Positions 18,368 to 28,700 of a stretch of DNA of 64,000 bases are shown piece by piece. The position numbers and the translations under genes were made by a program. The DNA comes from Solirubrobacteraceae bacterium (lineage in GTDB: Bacteria > Actinomycetota > Thermoleophilia > Solirubrobacterales > Solirubrobacteraceae). A model generated the notes under the pieces. It did no database searches. It was not told the origin of the DNA and saw nothing but the letters and a program-made list of their open reading frames with translations. Location of the stretch: assembly GCA_051005855.1 (NCBI GenBank), contig JBPCIY010000057.1:7351-71350 (forward strand). Reading direction: 5' to 3'. Within the stretch, counting starts at the first letter, position 1, and every line of letters begins with the position of its first letter.

Positions 18368-19102
18368 TCAGCCCTCGAGCGTCACCTCAAACTCGTGCGG
18401 ATCGGCGCCGCGCAGCACGGCCAGGGGCAGCTTGCCGTCGGCCGCCCGCACCACCCGGTCCAGATCTCCGACCGAGCGCACCTGGGTGCCTGCGGCCTGC
18501 GTGATCAGGTCACCTCGGGCCATCCCAGCCGCGGCCGCCGGGGTATCCCGTCCCACCCGCAGCACCAGGACACCGGGCACGTCGGCGAGACCGACGGCGC
18601 GGCGCATCCGCTTGGCCATGGCCGGGGTGGCGACGGCGACACCGAGCCTGGGCGCCGTGCGTTCGTCGGGCTCGAAGAAAGCCAACCAGGCATCGAGCGA
18701 GGCACCGAGGGCGGACGCCGCTCCCGCAGGCAGTCCCGCCACCAGGTGAGCGGCGCGCTCGGCGTACGCAGGGCGCGCCGCTAACGCGAGCGAGCGGCCG
18801 CGATCGGTGAGGGTCACGGTCACGCTGCGGCGGTTCTCGGGGTCGGGCTCACGCTCGATCATGCGAGCGCGTTCCAGGCGACCCAGACGGACCGACATCG
18901 TTCCCGACGTGCGGCGCACGTGGGTGACCAGCTCGCGCTGGCCAAGGGTCTGGCCTTCGGCGCGCTCGAGCGCGTCGAGGACGAGAAAGCTGGCGCGGCT
19001 GACGCGGTGCTCGGCCAGGGCCTCCGCGAGCTCGGCTTCAAGATGGGCGGCCACGCTGATCGTGGTGTCCGCGAGGTGGGTGGGATCGAAGTCATTAGGC
19101 AA
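18368..19102 (-). CDS. MarR-family regulator fused to a C-terminal PDZ domain
   Basis: TTG 19102 after GGAG. MarR wHTH: LGRLERARMIEREPDPENRRSVTVTLTDRG. PDZ: RLGVAV...GVLVLRVGRDTPAAAAGMARGDLI. Confidence 0.85.
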   Translation of the reverse strand: MPNDFDPTHLADTTISVAAHLEAELAEALAEHRVSRASFLVLDALERAEGQTLGQRELVTHVRRTSGTMSVRLGRLERARMIEREPDPENRRSVTVTLTDRGRSLALAARPAYAERAAHLVAGLPAGAASALGASLDAWLAFFEPDERTAPRLGVAVATPAMAKRMRRAVGLADVPGVLVLRVGRDTPAAAAGMARGDLITQAAGTQVRSVGDLDRVVRAADGKLPLAVLRGADPHEFEVTLEG

Positions 19103-19137
19103 AGCGCTGGTCTCCAAATGCTTGAGTCGAAACGTTC

Positions 19138-19165
19138 TAGTACGATTATTGCATGTCAAGTACTA
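19138..19165. promoter_or_regulatory. Divergent control region: -10 TACGAT 6 nt before the protease ATG, plus inverted repeats TTG-N5-CAA and TAGTAC...GTACTA (candidate MarR operator)
   Basis: AT-rich TAGTACGATTATTGCATGTCAAGTACTA spans the start codon at 19153. Confidence 0.55.
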
Positions 19166-20184
19166 ATGGCTCCGGCCCTGCCTCGCTGGCGTCCCCCACT
19201 CCTCCCGATCCGCCTGGGCCTCCCGACTTCGAGAGCCCAGAGAGCCGAGAGAGCCCCCTCGACGCTTACTCGCGGACCGTGATCGGCGTCGCCGAAGCGC
19301 TCGGGCCCAGCGTCGCCAACCTGCAGGTGCGCCGGCGGACCCGGCGCGGTCCCGGCCTCGGCGCCCGCTCCGGGGTGGTCATTTCCCGGGATGGCTTCCT
19401 GATCACCTCGGCCCACGTGGTCGAGGGCTCACGCCGCGGGGTGGCCACCTTCAACGACGGGCGCGAAACCGCGGTCTCAGTCGTCGGCGCCGATCCCCTC
19501 TCTGACCTCGCCGTGCTGCGCGCCCAGGACGGGGACCATGACCCGGCGCCGCTCGGCGACGCCGCCGCCCTGCGCGTCGGCCAGCTCGTGGTCGCGATCG
19601 GCAACCCGCAGGGGTTTGCCAGCTCGGTCACCGCCGGCGTGGTCAGCGGCCTCGGTCGCTCGCTGCCGGTTGGGGCCCGAGGCGGCCCCCGGCGCCTGGT
19701 CGAGAACGTGATCCAGACCGATGCCGCGCTGAACCCGGGCAACTCGGGCGGTGCGCTGGTGGACGGCGCCGGGCACGTGGTCGGGATCAACACCGCCGTG
19801 GCCGGCATCGGGCTCGGTTTGGCGGTGCCGATCAACGCCGCCAGTCGCGCCATCATCTCGGCGCTGATCCGCGACGGGCGCGTTCGCCGGGCCCACCTCG
19901 GCGCCGGCGTCGCCCCGCGCCCGCTCTCTCCGCGCGCGACCCGACGAACCGGCCACGCCGGCGGGGTTCAGATCGTTCAGGTCCTCGAGGACGGTCCCGC
20001 CGCCCGCGCGGGGCTCAAGCGAGGCGACGTGCTGATCGAGCTCGATGGTGAGGGGGTGCCCGACGCCAACGCCCTGCAACGGCTGATGGTGCACGAGCGG
20101 ATCGGGCGCGCGGTCACCACGCGCATCCTGCGCGACGGCGCCGAGCTGACCCCGACGGTGGTCCTCGACGAGCTCGAGACCTGA
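19153..20184 (+). CDS. HtrA/DegP-like S1C serine protease with one PDZ domain; no signal peptide or TM
   Basis: Triad TSAHVV, SDLAVL, IQTDAALNPGNSGG; PDZ GPAARAGLKRGDVL. Confidence 0.92.
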   Translation: MSSTNGSGPASLASPTPPDPPGPPDFESPESRESPLDAYSRTVIGVAEALGPSVANLQVRRRTRRGPGLGARSGVVISRDGFLITSAHVVEGSRRGVATFNDGRETAVSVVGADPLSDLAVLRAQDGDHDPAPLGDAAALRVGQLVVAIGNPQGFASSVTAGVVSGLGRSLPVGARGGPRRLVENVIQTDAALNPGNSGGALVDGAGHVVGINTAVAGIGLGLAVPINAASRAIISALIRDGRVRRAHLGAGVAPRPLSPRATRRTGHAGGVQIVQVLEDGPAARAGLKRGDVLIELDGEGVPDANALQRLMVHERIGRAVTTRILRDGAELTPTVVLDELET

Positions 20185-20198
20185 GATTCCGCCGCGTC

Positions 20199-21794
20199 TC
20201 AGCCCGCAGCGGCCGGCGACCCCGCCACAACGGCACCGAGCGGCGTCCGCCCTCGGATCAGGTCAGCGGCCCGTTCGGCGATCATGATCGTGGGGGCGTT
20301 GGTGTTCCCGCGCACCGGGGTGGGCATCACCGAGGCATCGATGACCCGCAGCGCGTCGATCCCGAGGACCCGCAGCTCGTCGTCGACCACAGCGCCCATC
20401 GCGCACGTGCCCACCGGGTGATACAGGGTGGTGGTGTTGCGCTCCATGTGCTCGATCAGGCCGGCGTCGCTGTCATCGGCGGGGACTCCGTAGTCACCGG
20501 TGCTGACCGCCCGCAGGGCCGGCTGACCGGCGATCTCCAAGCAGCGGCGCAGGGCCGCGACCATCGTCGCCCGATCCTCGTCCTCGACCAGGTAGTTGTG
20601 CAGGATGCGGGGCTTGGCGGTCGGGATCCGCGAGCGGAGCTTGACGAAGCCCTCGCTGACCGGGCGCAGCAGACACGGGGACAGGGCCCAGCCGTCGACC
20701 AGGATCTCCCCCGCTCCGGCCTCCGGGAACAGGATCGGGAGCGTGTGGATCTGGATGTCGGGCGCCTCGAGCTCGTCGCGGGTCCGAAAGAAGGCCCCCG
20801 ACTCGGCGAAGTTGGAGGTCAGCGGGCCGCGACCCTGGGTCTGGAGCAGGCCGAGGTTCTCCTCACTCTCGGCGCTGAGCAGCGACGCTTCGGAGGTCGT
20901 GTAGGTGATCCAGGTGGCGGGGTGGTCGCGCAGGCCCTGCCCCACCGGGAGCTCGTGCGCACAGGGAATGCCCACCAGCTCGAGGTCGACACCGGGGCCG
21001 ATCCCGCTCAGGAGCATGATCTGCGGGCTCTGATAGGCACCGGCGCTGAGGATGACCTCGCGCTGGGCCCGGATCTCGATCACCTCGCCGTCGCGGTCGA
21101 CCTCGACCCCGGTCGCCGTGCTGCCCTCGAGCAGCAGCCGGTTGACGTGGGCGCCGGTGATCAGCTCGAGGTTGGGACGGCCGAGAACCGGGTGCAAATA
21201 GGCGACCGCCGCCGAGCAGCGCATCCCGCCGCGCTGGGTGACCTGATACCAGCCCACCCCGTCCTGCTCGTGACCATTGAAGTCGTCGGTCAGCGCCAGG
21301 CCGGCCTCCACGCCGGCCTCGATGAACGCCTCGCAAGTGCGGTAGCGGGAGCGGTTGTCGATCACACTCAGAGGACCGCCGGCCCCGTGCAGCTCGCTCG
21401 CGCCGCGCTCGTTGTCCTCGGCCCGGATGAAATAGGGCAGCACGTCCTCCCACCCCCAGCCGTCGTGACCGAGGGCCGCCCAGCCGTCGTAGTCGGCGCG
21501 ATGGCCACGGATGTAGACCATCGCGTTGGTGGAGGAGGATCCGCCGAGCGTGCGCCCACGGGGCAGATAACGCTGGCGGCCCGCGAAGCCGGGCTCGGGG
21601 TCAGACAGGAAGGCCCAGTCGTACTTGCTCTGCCCGAGCGCGAGGCAGCCGGCGGGAAGATGGATCTCGTCCACCGCGTCTGGAGGGCCGGCCTCCAGCA
21701 GGCAGACCCGGACGTCCTCGTCCTCAGTCAGTCGGTTGGCCAGGACACAACCGGCCGAGCCGGCGCCGACGATCACGTAGTCGTAAGTACTCAT
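20199..21794 (-). CDS. GMC-family oxidoreductase (choline dehydrogenase-like)
   Basis: VGAGSAGC, GRTLGGSSSTNAM, YHPVGTC, GNTNAP. Confidence 0.92.
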   Translation of the reverse strand: MSTYDYVIVGAGSAGCVLANRLTEDEDVRVCLLEAGPPDAVDEIHLPAGCLALGQSKYDWAFLSDPEPGFAGRQRYLPRGRTLGGSSSTNAMVYIRGHRADYDGWAALGHDGWGWEDVLPYFIRAEDNERGASELHGAGGPLSVIDNRSRYRTCEAFIEAGVEAGLALTDDFNGHEQDGVGWYQVTQRGGMRCSAAVAYLHPVLGRPNLELITGAHVNRLLLEGSTATGVEVDRDGEVIEIRAQREVILSAGAYQSPQIMLLSGIGPGVDLELVGIPCAHELPVGQGLRDHPATWITYTTSEASLLSAESEENLGLLQTQGRGPLTSNFAESGAFFRTRDELEAPDIQIHTLPILFPEAGAGEILVDGWALSPCLLRPVSEGFVKLRSRIPTAKPRILHNYLVEDEDRATMVAALRRCLEIAGQPALRAVSTGDYGVPADDSDAGLIEHMERNTTTLYHPVGTCAMGAVVDDELRVLGIDALRVIDASVMPTPVRGNTNAPTIMIAERAADLIRGRTPLGAVVAGSPAAAG

Positions 21795-21887
21795 TGGACT
21801 CTCCCTCGCGCTTGCGGTCAGTCCATTCTCTGCACCTGATGGGTGGCCGTCAAGGCGCTACCGACCCGACGGCCAGGCGCAATCTGG

Positions 21888-23720
21888 CTAGTACCAGTCT
21901 TCGATCCAGGCTGACCAGCGCGCGGTGTCTGACCCGGGCGCGATGGTCAGCGCATAGCTACCCGGGCCGCCGGTGAACATTTGAGTCTGGCGTCCTGCGT
22001 CGACGAGGTCAAAGGACTGCGCGGCGGTAGCGGGGCCGGCAGTCACCGTCGCCGTGGGGCCCGAGCAGACCACGAGAAACGTGCACGTGCCCTGGTAGGC
22101 CATCGTGTAGACCAGCCGCCAGCGGGTGCCGCGAACCTGGAAGCGGGCCGTGGTCGCGCCGGCGCTGCCGTGCAGCGCGGCCAGCGGCTGCCAGTGGGGA
22201 GTTTCGGCCACCTCGAGGGCGACGACGCCCGATCGCTCCAGGTCGACCCCCGGCGCCGGAGACTGGCTGGTCACGGCGCCGGCCGGAACCCCCGGGGCAG
22301 CGATCGCGGTCACCCGGGTTCGCAGGCCGAGCCGGGAGAGCGCGGCCTGGGCGGCGGTGAGCGGCCGACCCGCGAGCCGCGGCACGCGAACCGGCGGCAG
22401 CCCGGCGCTGAGGACGATGTGAACGGTCGCGCCCTGCGCGAGGACACGCCCGGGTTCAGGGCGCTGGGCGATCGCGACCCCGCGGGGCGAGGGCGAGTGG
22501 CGCGAGCTGAAGCTCGGACGCAGAGCGAGGGCATGGGCGCGGTGCTCGATTCGCGCCCGGCGCAGGCCGAGCACCCGCGGGACTCGCACGTGTCCGGTGG
22601 CGCCGATCGCCAGCGCGGCGACGATCATCGCGCCGAGCAGCAGAAAAGCCGCCGTCAGGGCGGCGAGACTGCGGCGGCGCGCCGCCGGGTTGAGGTTTCG
22701 CCGCGGGCCCCGGTGCGGAGCCCGGCGCGTGGGCGCCGCCGTGGCCGGGACGCGCCTCCGGCCTGCTCCGGCGGGGGTCGGAAGGACTCCCGACCCCGCG
22801 GCCGCACCGCGACCGCCGCCGCCGCCGCCCGCCGGGATCAGCGAGCGCGCCGGGGCCTGCGCCAGCGCGACCGTGAGCGCTCGCGCCATCTCGGCGCCGT
22901 CGGCGAAGCGGCGATGCGGCGCCTTGGCCAGTGCGCGGTCGACGATCTTGGCCAGCGGTGCCGGCGTGGTGAGCGGCAGTGGGGGCGGCCGATCACGGAG
23001 ATGGCGCAGGGCGAGCTCGACCGCAGCGCGCTCGGTGAACGGCGGGCGGCCGGCGATCATCTCGTAGAGGACGACGCCGGCGCTGTAGACGTCGGTGGCC
23101 GGGGTGGTGACCCGGCCCCGGGACTGCTCGGGGGCCATGTAGCGCGGGGTGCCGACCACCGTGGCCCCGGCTGCGTCGCTTGAACCCTCGGCCAGCCGGG
23201 CGACCCCGAAGTCCCCCACCTTCACGCGTCCCTCGGCGGTGAGCATGATGTTGGCCGGCTTGATGTCCCGGTGCACGACGTTCTGGGCGTGGGCCCCCGC
23301 CAGCGCGCGGCATAGCTGCTCGCCGATCGCGGCCGCGTCCCAGGGCGCGATCGAGCCGCGGGTCAGGCGCGCGGCCAGGCTCTCCCCCTCGATCAGCTCA
23401 GACACGTAATACACGCCCTCGGGCGCGTGCCCGACATCGAAGATCTGGACGATCCCGGGATCGCTGACCCGGGCCAGCAGCTGAGCTTCGCGCTCGAAGT
23501 TCTGGGCCCACTCGGGGTCTTCGGCCCACCAGGGCTTGATCAGCTTGATCGCCACCGTGCGCTCCAGCCGCCGATCGCGGCCGCGGTAGACGCGGCCGAA
23601 CGCGCCCTCACCGATCACGGCGTGGAGCTCGTAGCGGTCGTCCAGGGCGCAGCCGGAGAGGTCGGGAGCGTGGGGCATCGAGTAGGTCATCCCCGCGCGC
23701 ACGGGCGCGGTGACGGACAC
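21888..23720 (-). CDS. Hanks-type Ser/Thr kinase with TM and two PASTA domains
   Basis: GEGAFG, VAIK, HRDIKPAN, DFG, YMAPE; TM; VPRVLG and VPRLAG PASTA repeats. Start could be 23690 or 23678. Confidence 0.9.
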   Translation of the reverse strand: MSVTAPVRAGMTYSMPHAPDLSGCALDDRYELHAVIGEGAFGRVYRGRDRRLERTVAIKLIKPWWAEDPEWAQNFEREAQLLARVSDPGIVQIFDVGHAPEGVYYVSELIEGESLAARLTRGSIAPWDAAAIGEQLCRALAGAHAQNVVHRDIKPANIMLTAEGRVKVGDFGVARLAEGSSDAAGATVVGTPRYMAPEQSRGRVTTPATDVYSAGVVLYEMIAGRPPFTERAAVELALRHLRDRPPPLPLTTPAPLAKIVDRALAKAPHRRFADGAEMARALTVALAQAPARSLIPAGGGGGGRGAAAGSGVLPTPAGAGRRRVPATAAPTRRAPHRGPRRNLNPAARRRSLAALTAAFLLLGAMIVAALAIGATGHVRVPRVLGLRRARIEHRAHALALRPSFSSRHSPSPRGVAIAQRPEPGRVLAQGATVHIVLSAGLPPVRVPRLAGRPLTAAQAALSRLGLRTRVTAIAAPGVPAGAVTSQSPAPGVDLERSGVVALEVAETPHWQPLAALHGSAGATTARFQVRGTRWRLVYTMAYQGTCTFLVVCSGPTATVTAGPATAAQSFDLVDAGRQTQMFTGGPGSYALTIAPGSDTARWSAWIEDWY

Positions 23721-23884
23721 CCATGATGGCCGATCGCTCAGGCCGGCGGTTCAGGTCGCGCGCGCGGTGAGCAGCCCAGGGGCGGGAGCGTGTCCGCAGC
23801 CGTACGTCCGCGTCGATACCGGTCCCCGTACCGCGCGATCGGCCGCGGGGTTGATCTGCTTCAACCTACCCACGGAGGAGAGCC

Positions 23885-24019
23885 ATGTTGCTCGTCTTAG
23901 CTGTGTTGCTTCTCATCGTCGCCATCGCCGGCGGCGTGATCGTCCACCCGCTGCTGTTTGCGCTCGCGCTGGTCGCGATCGCGCTGTTCTTCTCGGGCCG
24001 CCGCGGCGCCTTGCGGTAG
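23885..24019 (+). CDS. 44-aa hydrophobic membrane peptide (not in ORF track)
   Basis: SD GGAGGAG then MLLVLAVLLLIVAIAGGVIVHPLLFALALVAIALFFSGRRGALR. Confidence 0.75.
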   Translation: MLLVLAVLLLIVAIAGGVIVHPLLFALALVAIALFFSGRRGALR

Positions 24020-24110
24020 GGAAGCCGACGAGGGGTCCGGGAAGCCGGGCGGCCGGGGACGCCAGCGACGTCTCCGGCCGTCCCTCGGACGCTCAGGGTT
24101 CTGCGCGCCG

Positions 24111-24836
24111 TTAGCTCATCGCCGCCGCGAGGCGATGGTGACGCAGCTCGGTCGGCGGGGCGCCGTGCAGGATCCAGGTGCGGTCGTCGCGCCGGCTCAG
24201 CGTCCCCGCCCGCGAGAGTTCGCCCATCGCCGTCGTCACCGCCGGACGATGCGCGCCGATCAGGTCAGCGAGGCGTTGATGGGGCAGCGGCAGGGGTACG
24301 GCGACCCCGCCAGGGACGACTTTGCCCCAGCGCTCGGCGAGATGCCAGAGGGTGAGCACCAGTCGCTCGTCGACCCGCTGGTGGTGGGCGATGGCCAGCG
24401 CCACGGCCAGCGAATGCGCCCGGCGGGTGCCACGGCTGAACAGCTCTAGCCCGAGCTGGGGCCACGGGGTCATCCGGACCACCAGGCCATGGTCGAGCAC
24501 GGCCAGCTGCGTCGGCTCCAGCACCGACCACCCTACCTCGGCCTGGACGTGGGAACCCTCCTCGTCCCAGCTCCAGGGACGGAGCACGTCGCCGGGGCCG
24601 ATCAACTCGACGCACCGCTTGCCCAGGACATCGACATCGCGGCTGACGAGACCGTCGATGACCATGAAGCCACGGTGGTGGACGTCTGGCTCGACCGCAT
24701 CCTGCACCCGCCAGGCGCCGGTCGAGACGCGGCGGACCCGGGTCAGGGCGTCAGCGCGAGCCCGGACGACCTCCTCGGGCGAGAGCAGATCTCCGAGTTC
24801 GGGGTCGGCGTCGACGATGCTGACGAGCTCGGCCAC
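24111..24836 (-). CDS. Crp/Fnr-family transcriptional regulator
   Basis: cNMP-like barrel (ELIGPGD), RVDERL, HTH LPHQRLADLIGAHRPAVTTAM. Confidence 0.85.
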   Translation of the reverse strand: MAELVSIVDADPELGDLLSPEEVVRARADALTRVRRVSTGAWRVQDAVEPDVHHRGFMVIDGLVSRDVDVLGKRCVELIGPGDVLRPWSWDEEGSHVQAEVGWSVLEPTQLAVLDHGLVVRMTPWPQLGLELFSRGTRRAHSLAVALAIAHHQRVDERLVLTLWHLAERWGKVVPGGVAVPLPLPHQRLADLIGAHRPAVTTAMGELSRAGTLSRRDDRTWILHGAPPTELRHHRLAAAMS

Positions 24837-24845
24837 CCGGTGGTC

Positions 24846-25010
24846 TCAGTGCACGATCAGGACGATGGCCAGGAACAGGAGGACGATGATCATCCCCGCC
24901 CCGGCCAGCGGCCAGCGGCCGCGCCAATACTCGGGACGAGCCCGATCACGCGAATAGCGCCCTTCGGGTGGTGTCCCGACCCAGTCATCCTCGTCATCCC
25001 ACGGAGCCAT
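24846..25010 (-). CDS. Small hypothetical protein with acidic N-terminus and C-terminal TM
   Basis: MAPWDDEDDWVGTPPEGRYSRDRARPEYWRGRWPLAGAGMIIVLLFLAIVLIVH. Confidence 0.65.
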   Translation of the reverse strand: MAPWDDEDDWVGTPPEGRYSRDRARPEYWRGRWPLAGAGMIIVLLFLAIVLIVH

Positions 25011-25107
25011 GGTGAAGTAATACCCCAATCGCGAGTAGGCGGGTCACATTTGTAGCGGCTAACACGAATCGCCTGAGCGCTCGGCTTTTCGGAGTATGGT
25101 CGTTGGC

Positions 25108-25228
25108 CTGGCCCTGTGGCCTGACCGACAGGCTTGATCAGCGTTGAGCTAGCCGAAAAGCGCGGACGCGGGGGCGCGCGCTTGTGGTGATGGGGGCAAA
25201 GCGCTTACGCGCTCACCCACAGGGCCGG
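25108..25228 (+). ncRNA. Candidate structured intergenic RNA, family not recognised, strand uncertain
   Basis: 12-bp terminal stem CTGGCCCTGTGG/CCACAGGGCCGG enclosing several hairpins; TATGGT -10-like hexamer at 25095-25100. Confidence 0.3.
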
Positions 25229-25234
25229 CGTGCT

Positions 25235-25657
25235 TTACGACTCGGCTCCCGGGAGCCCGGCTGCGCCGAGCCCGGCTGCGGCGAGCCCGAACGGACTCCC
25301 CTCCGAGTCGCGGCATATCGCCCAGCGGGCGCCGGGATGAACGACGGTGCCCCCCAACTCCTGGACGCGGGACAGGGCCAACTCGAGGTCGGACACCTCG
25401 AAGTACGGCAACGAGAAGGAATCGCCCGGGCCGCGGCCGCGCTCGTGCACGCCGACCGCCGGCGCCACGCTGGATGCGCCGGTCTGCCAGCCCTCCCCCT
25501 CGCCGTCTTGGCGCATGTCCAGCTCGGTCTCGAGCAGACCGGTCCAGAAGCGCCGCGCCCGCTCGGGGTCGTCGGCCGGGAATTCGATCAGAGAGGGGCG
25601 CGCGGCGATGTCCCGACGATAGCGCCCGTGACCTGCTCCCGCGTGACTGACCGTCAC
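25235..25657 (-). CDS. VOC/glyoxalase family protein; start uncertain
   Basis: IEFPADDPERARRFW, PYFEVSDLE, GGTVV, RDSEGSPFGL. Confidence 0.8.
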   Translation of the reverse strand: MTVSHAGAGHGRYRRDIAARPSLIEFPADDPERARRFWTGLLETELDMRQDGEGEGWQTGASSVAPAVGVHERGRGPGDSFSLPYFEVSDLELALSRVQELGGTVVHPGARWAICRDSEGSPFGLAAAGLGAAGLPGAES

Positions 25658-25794
25658 CCGACCAAACGGGTGTCATTCCCGCGGGGATGTACTCGTGAAA
25701 TCTTTGCCACAGATGGCTCGAGTTGACACCAGTCGGGCCTCGACTGGGGTCAGAACGGGGTCAGGGCGACGGGGGCGGCTGGAAGAATCAGCCT

Positions 25795-28700
25795 GTGCTG
25801 ATCCTTCACCGTGCGCAGCGGTCCGACGGCCTCGCCGATGCCCTGGCCGAGCTGCTGGCCCGGCCGCTCGACGATCCCTTTGCCCCCGAGGTGGTGGCGG
25901 TCCCCACGCGGGGGATGGAGCGCTGGCTGACCCAGCACATGTCTGGTGTGCTGGGCGCCTCGACGGGTCGGGGCGACGGGATCTGTGCGGGCGTCGAGTT
26001 CCCGTTCCCGCACCGGCTGATCGGAGACGTCGTCGCAACCACGTCCGGGATCGCGCCCACGGAGGATCCGTGGCTGCCCGACCGCGCCGCCTGGCCGCTG
26101 CTCGAGGTGGTCGAGGCCGGTCTGGACGAAGCCTGGCTGTCCACTCTGGCCGGTTACCTGGGGCACTCGGACTCGGGATCCGATCGATTCCGCGCCGATC
26201 GCCGGCTCGGCGTCGTGCGGCATCTGGCCGATCTGTTTGATCGATACGCGCTGCACCGCCCCGCGATGGTGCAGGCCTGGGCCCAGGGGCGCGACGTGGA
26301 CGCCGTCGGCTCCGCGCTGCCCTCCGGCGCCGTGTGGCAGGCAGAGCTCTGGCGGCGGTTGCGGGCCAAGATCGCGCTCCCCGGACCGGCCGAGCGCCGC
26401 GTGCGCGCGTGCGCGCGGCTGACCGAAGACGCGGCGCTGGTCCCGCTGCCGTCCCGGATCGCCCTGTTCGGGCTCACGCGACTGCCCGCCGGGCACCTGC
26501 AGATCCTGCGCGCGCTTGCGCACGAGCGCGACGTCCACCTGTTCCTGCTTCACCCTTCCGACGCCCTGTGGGCATCGGTGTCAACCGCGCTGGCCGACAC
26601 TCCGCCCCCCCGGCGCCGCGCGCAGGATCCCACGGCCGAGTTGACGGCCAACGCTCTGCTCGCCTCCTGGGGTCGCGACGTCCGTGAGCTCCAGCTCGTG
26701 CTCGCCCACGACTCGGTGCCCGGGGCCGGCCCGACCGCCGAGGCGTCGCCGGCCGTCGACCTCGGAGTCGACCAGCAGCGTCCCGCTGCAACCCCGTCCA
26801 CCAGCCTGCTCGGCCGCATCCAGGACGGGGTCCGCGCCGACCGCGCCGCCCCCGGCCCGCCGCTCCCCGGCCAGCCCGACCAGCGGCCCCAGCTGGCCGC
26901 GCGGGACCGCTCGGTTCAGATTCACTCCTGTCACGGACGGGCGCGTCAGGTCGAGGTGATCCGGGACGCGATCCTGCACGCGCTGGCCGCGGACGAGACC
27001 CTCGAGCCCCGCGACGTGATCGTCATGTGCCCGGACATCGAGACCTTCGCGCCCCTGATCGCGGCCACCTTCGGATCCGGAGAGAGCACCGGGGACGATG
27101 AGGGATCCGAGCCGGCGGCAGCCGGGCTGCGCCCCGTCGACCTGCGGGTGCGCCTGGCCGACCGCTCGCTGCGCCAGACCAACCCGATCCTCGGGGCGGT
27201 CTCCTCCCTGCTCGAGCTGGCCCAGGAGCGGATCACCGCCTCCCAGGTGCTCGACCTCGCCGATCGGGGTCCGGTCCGGCGCCGCTTCGGCCTCGATGAC
27301 AATGACCTCACCCGCCTGCAGGACTGGATCGCCCAGGCGGGCATCCGCTGGGGCCTGGACGCCCCCCGGCGGGCGCGCTTCAAACTCGAGGGCGTCCCCG
27401 AGGGGACCTGGCAGGCCGGCCTGGAGCGCGTCCTGCTCGGGGTGACGATGACCGAGGACGGCCAGCGTCTGTTTGAGAACGTGCTCCCCCTCGATGACGT
27501 CGACAGCGGCTCGATTGACCTCGCCGGTCGGTTCGCGGAGCTGATCGCCCGCCTGGGTACGACGCTCGACACCTTCGGCACCAGCCAGACGCTGGCCGGG
27601 TGGAGCGAGGCGCTTGCGGCCGCCGCCGACGCGCTCACCGCCACCCCCGGGCGCGAGCGCTGGCAGCGCGGCGAGCTCCAGCGCGTGCTCGATGAGATCG
27701 TTCTGGAGGCCGCCGACGGCGCCGACGTCGAGCTGGCCCCGGCCGAAGTCCGGGCGCTCCTGCACGAGCGGCTCGCCGGGCGTCCGACCCGAGCCAACTT
27801 CCGCACCGGCCACCTGACCATCTGCACCCTGATGCCGATGCGCTCGGTGCCGCATCGGGTCATCTGCCTGCTCGGGCTCGACGACGGCGCCTTCCCGCGC
27901 AAGGCGCCCCGCGACGGGGACGACCTGCTGCTCGACGACCCTCACGTGGGCGAGCGTGACCCTCGCTCCGAGGACCGGCAACTGCTTCTGGACGCGCTGA
28001 TGGCCGCCACCGAGCGGCTGATCATCACCTACACCGGAAACGACGAGCGCACCAACACGCCGCGACCGCCTGCCGTGCCCGTCGGGGAGCTGCTCGAGGC
28101 CATCGATGCCACCGCGCGCGCGCCGGACGGCGAGGCCCGCGATCAAGTGCTCGTCCGCCATCCCCTGCAGCCCTTCGATCCCCGCAACTTCACCCCCGGC
28201 AAACTGGGCGGCGAGCGGGCCTGGAGCTTTGACCCCGTGACCCTGGACGGGGCCCGCGCCCTCAGCGGCCCACGCGTCGCGCCACCGCCCTTCTTGACCG
28301 GGCCGCTCCCGCCGCGGGATGGTCGCGTGATCGAGCTCGATGATCTCGTCCGCTTCGTCGAGCATCCAGTGCGGGCCTTCCTGCGCCAGCGGCTCGGGAT
28401 CAGCGTCCGCGGGAGCGTCGACGAGATCGAGGACGGACTGCCGGTCGAGCTCGACGGCCTCCAGCGCTGGGGGGTCGGGCAGCGCCTGCTCGAGGCGCGT
28501 CTGGCCGGAGTGGACGGAAACACCGCGATCAAGGCGGAGATCGCCCGGGGAACCCTGCCCCCCGGGGTGCTCGGCGAGCCTGTGGTCCGAGCCGTGTACC
28601 CGCTCGTAGAGGCGATCGTGACCGCCGCGCAGGCGGTCGCCCCAGCGGGGCGGACCGCCGAGCCGATCGACGTCCGGCTGACGCTGGCCGACGGACGGCG

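Noticed and set aside
25120-25160. CTGA...GAAA resembling a hammerhead ribozyme core
   Set aside because: Reads CTGACCGA rather than CUGANGA, and the required stem arrangement and cleavage triplet are not evident.
25168-25197. Two C-runs on the minus strand suggesting 6C RNA
   Set aside because: Only five C each and not in two clean adjacent hairpin loops; kept only as an unassigned candidate RNA.
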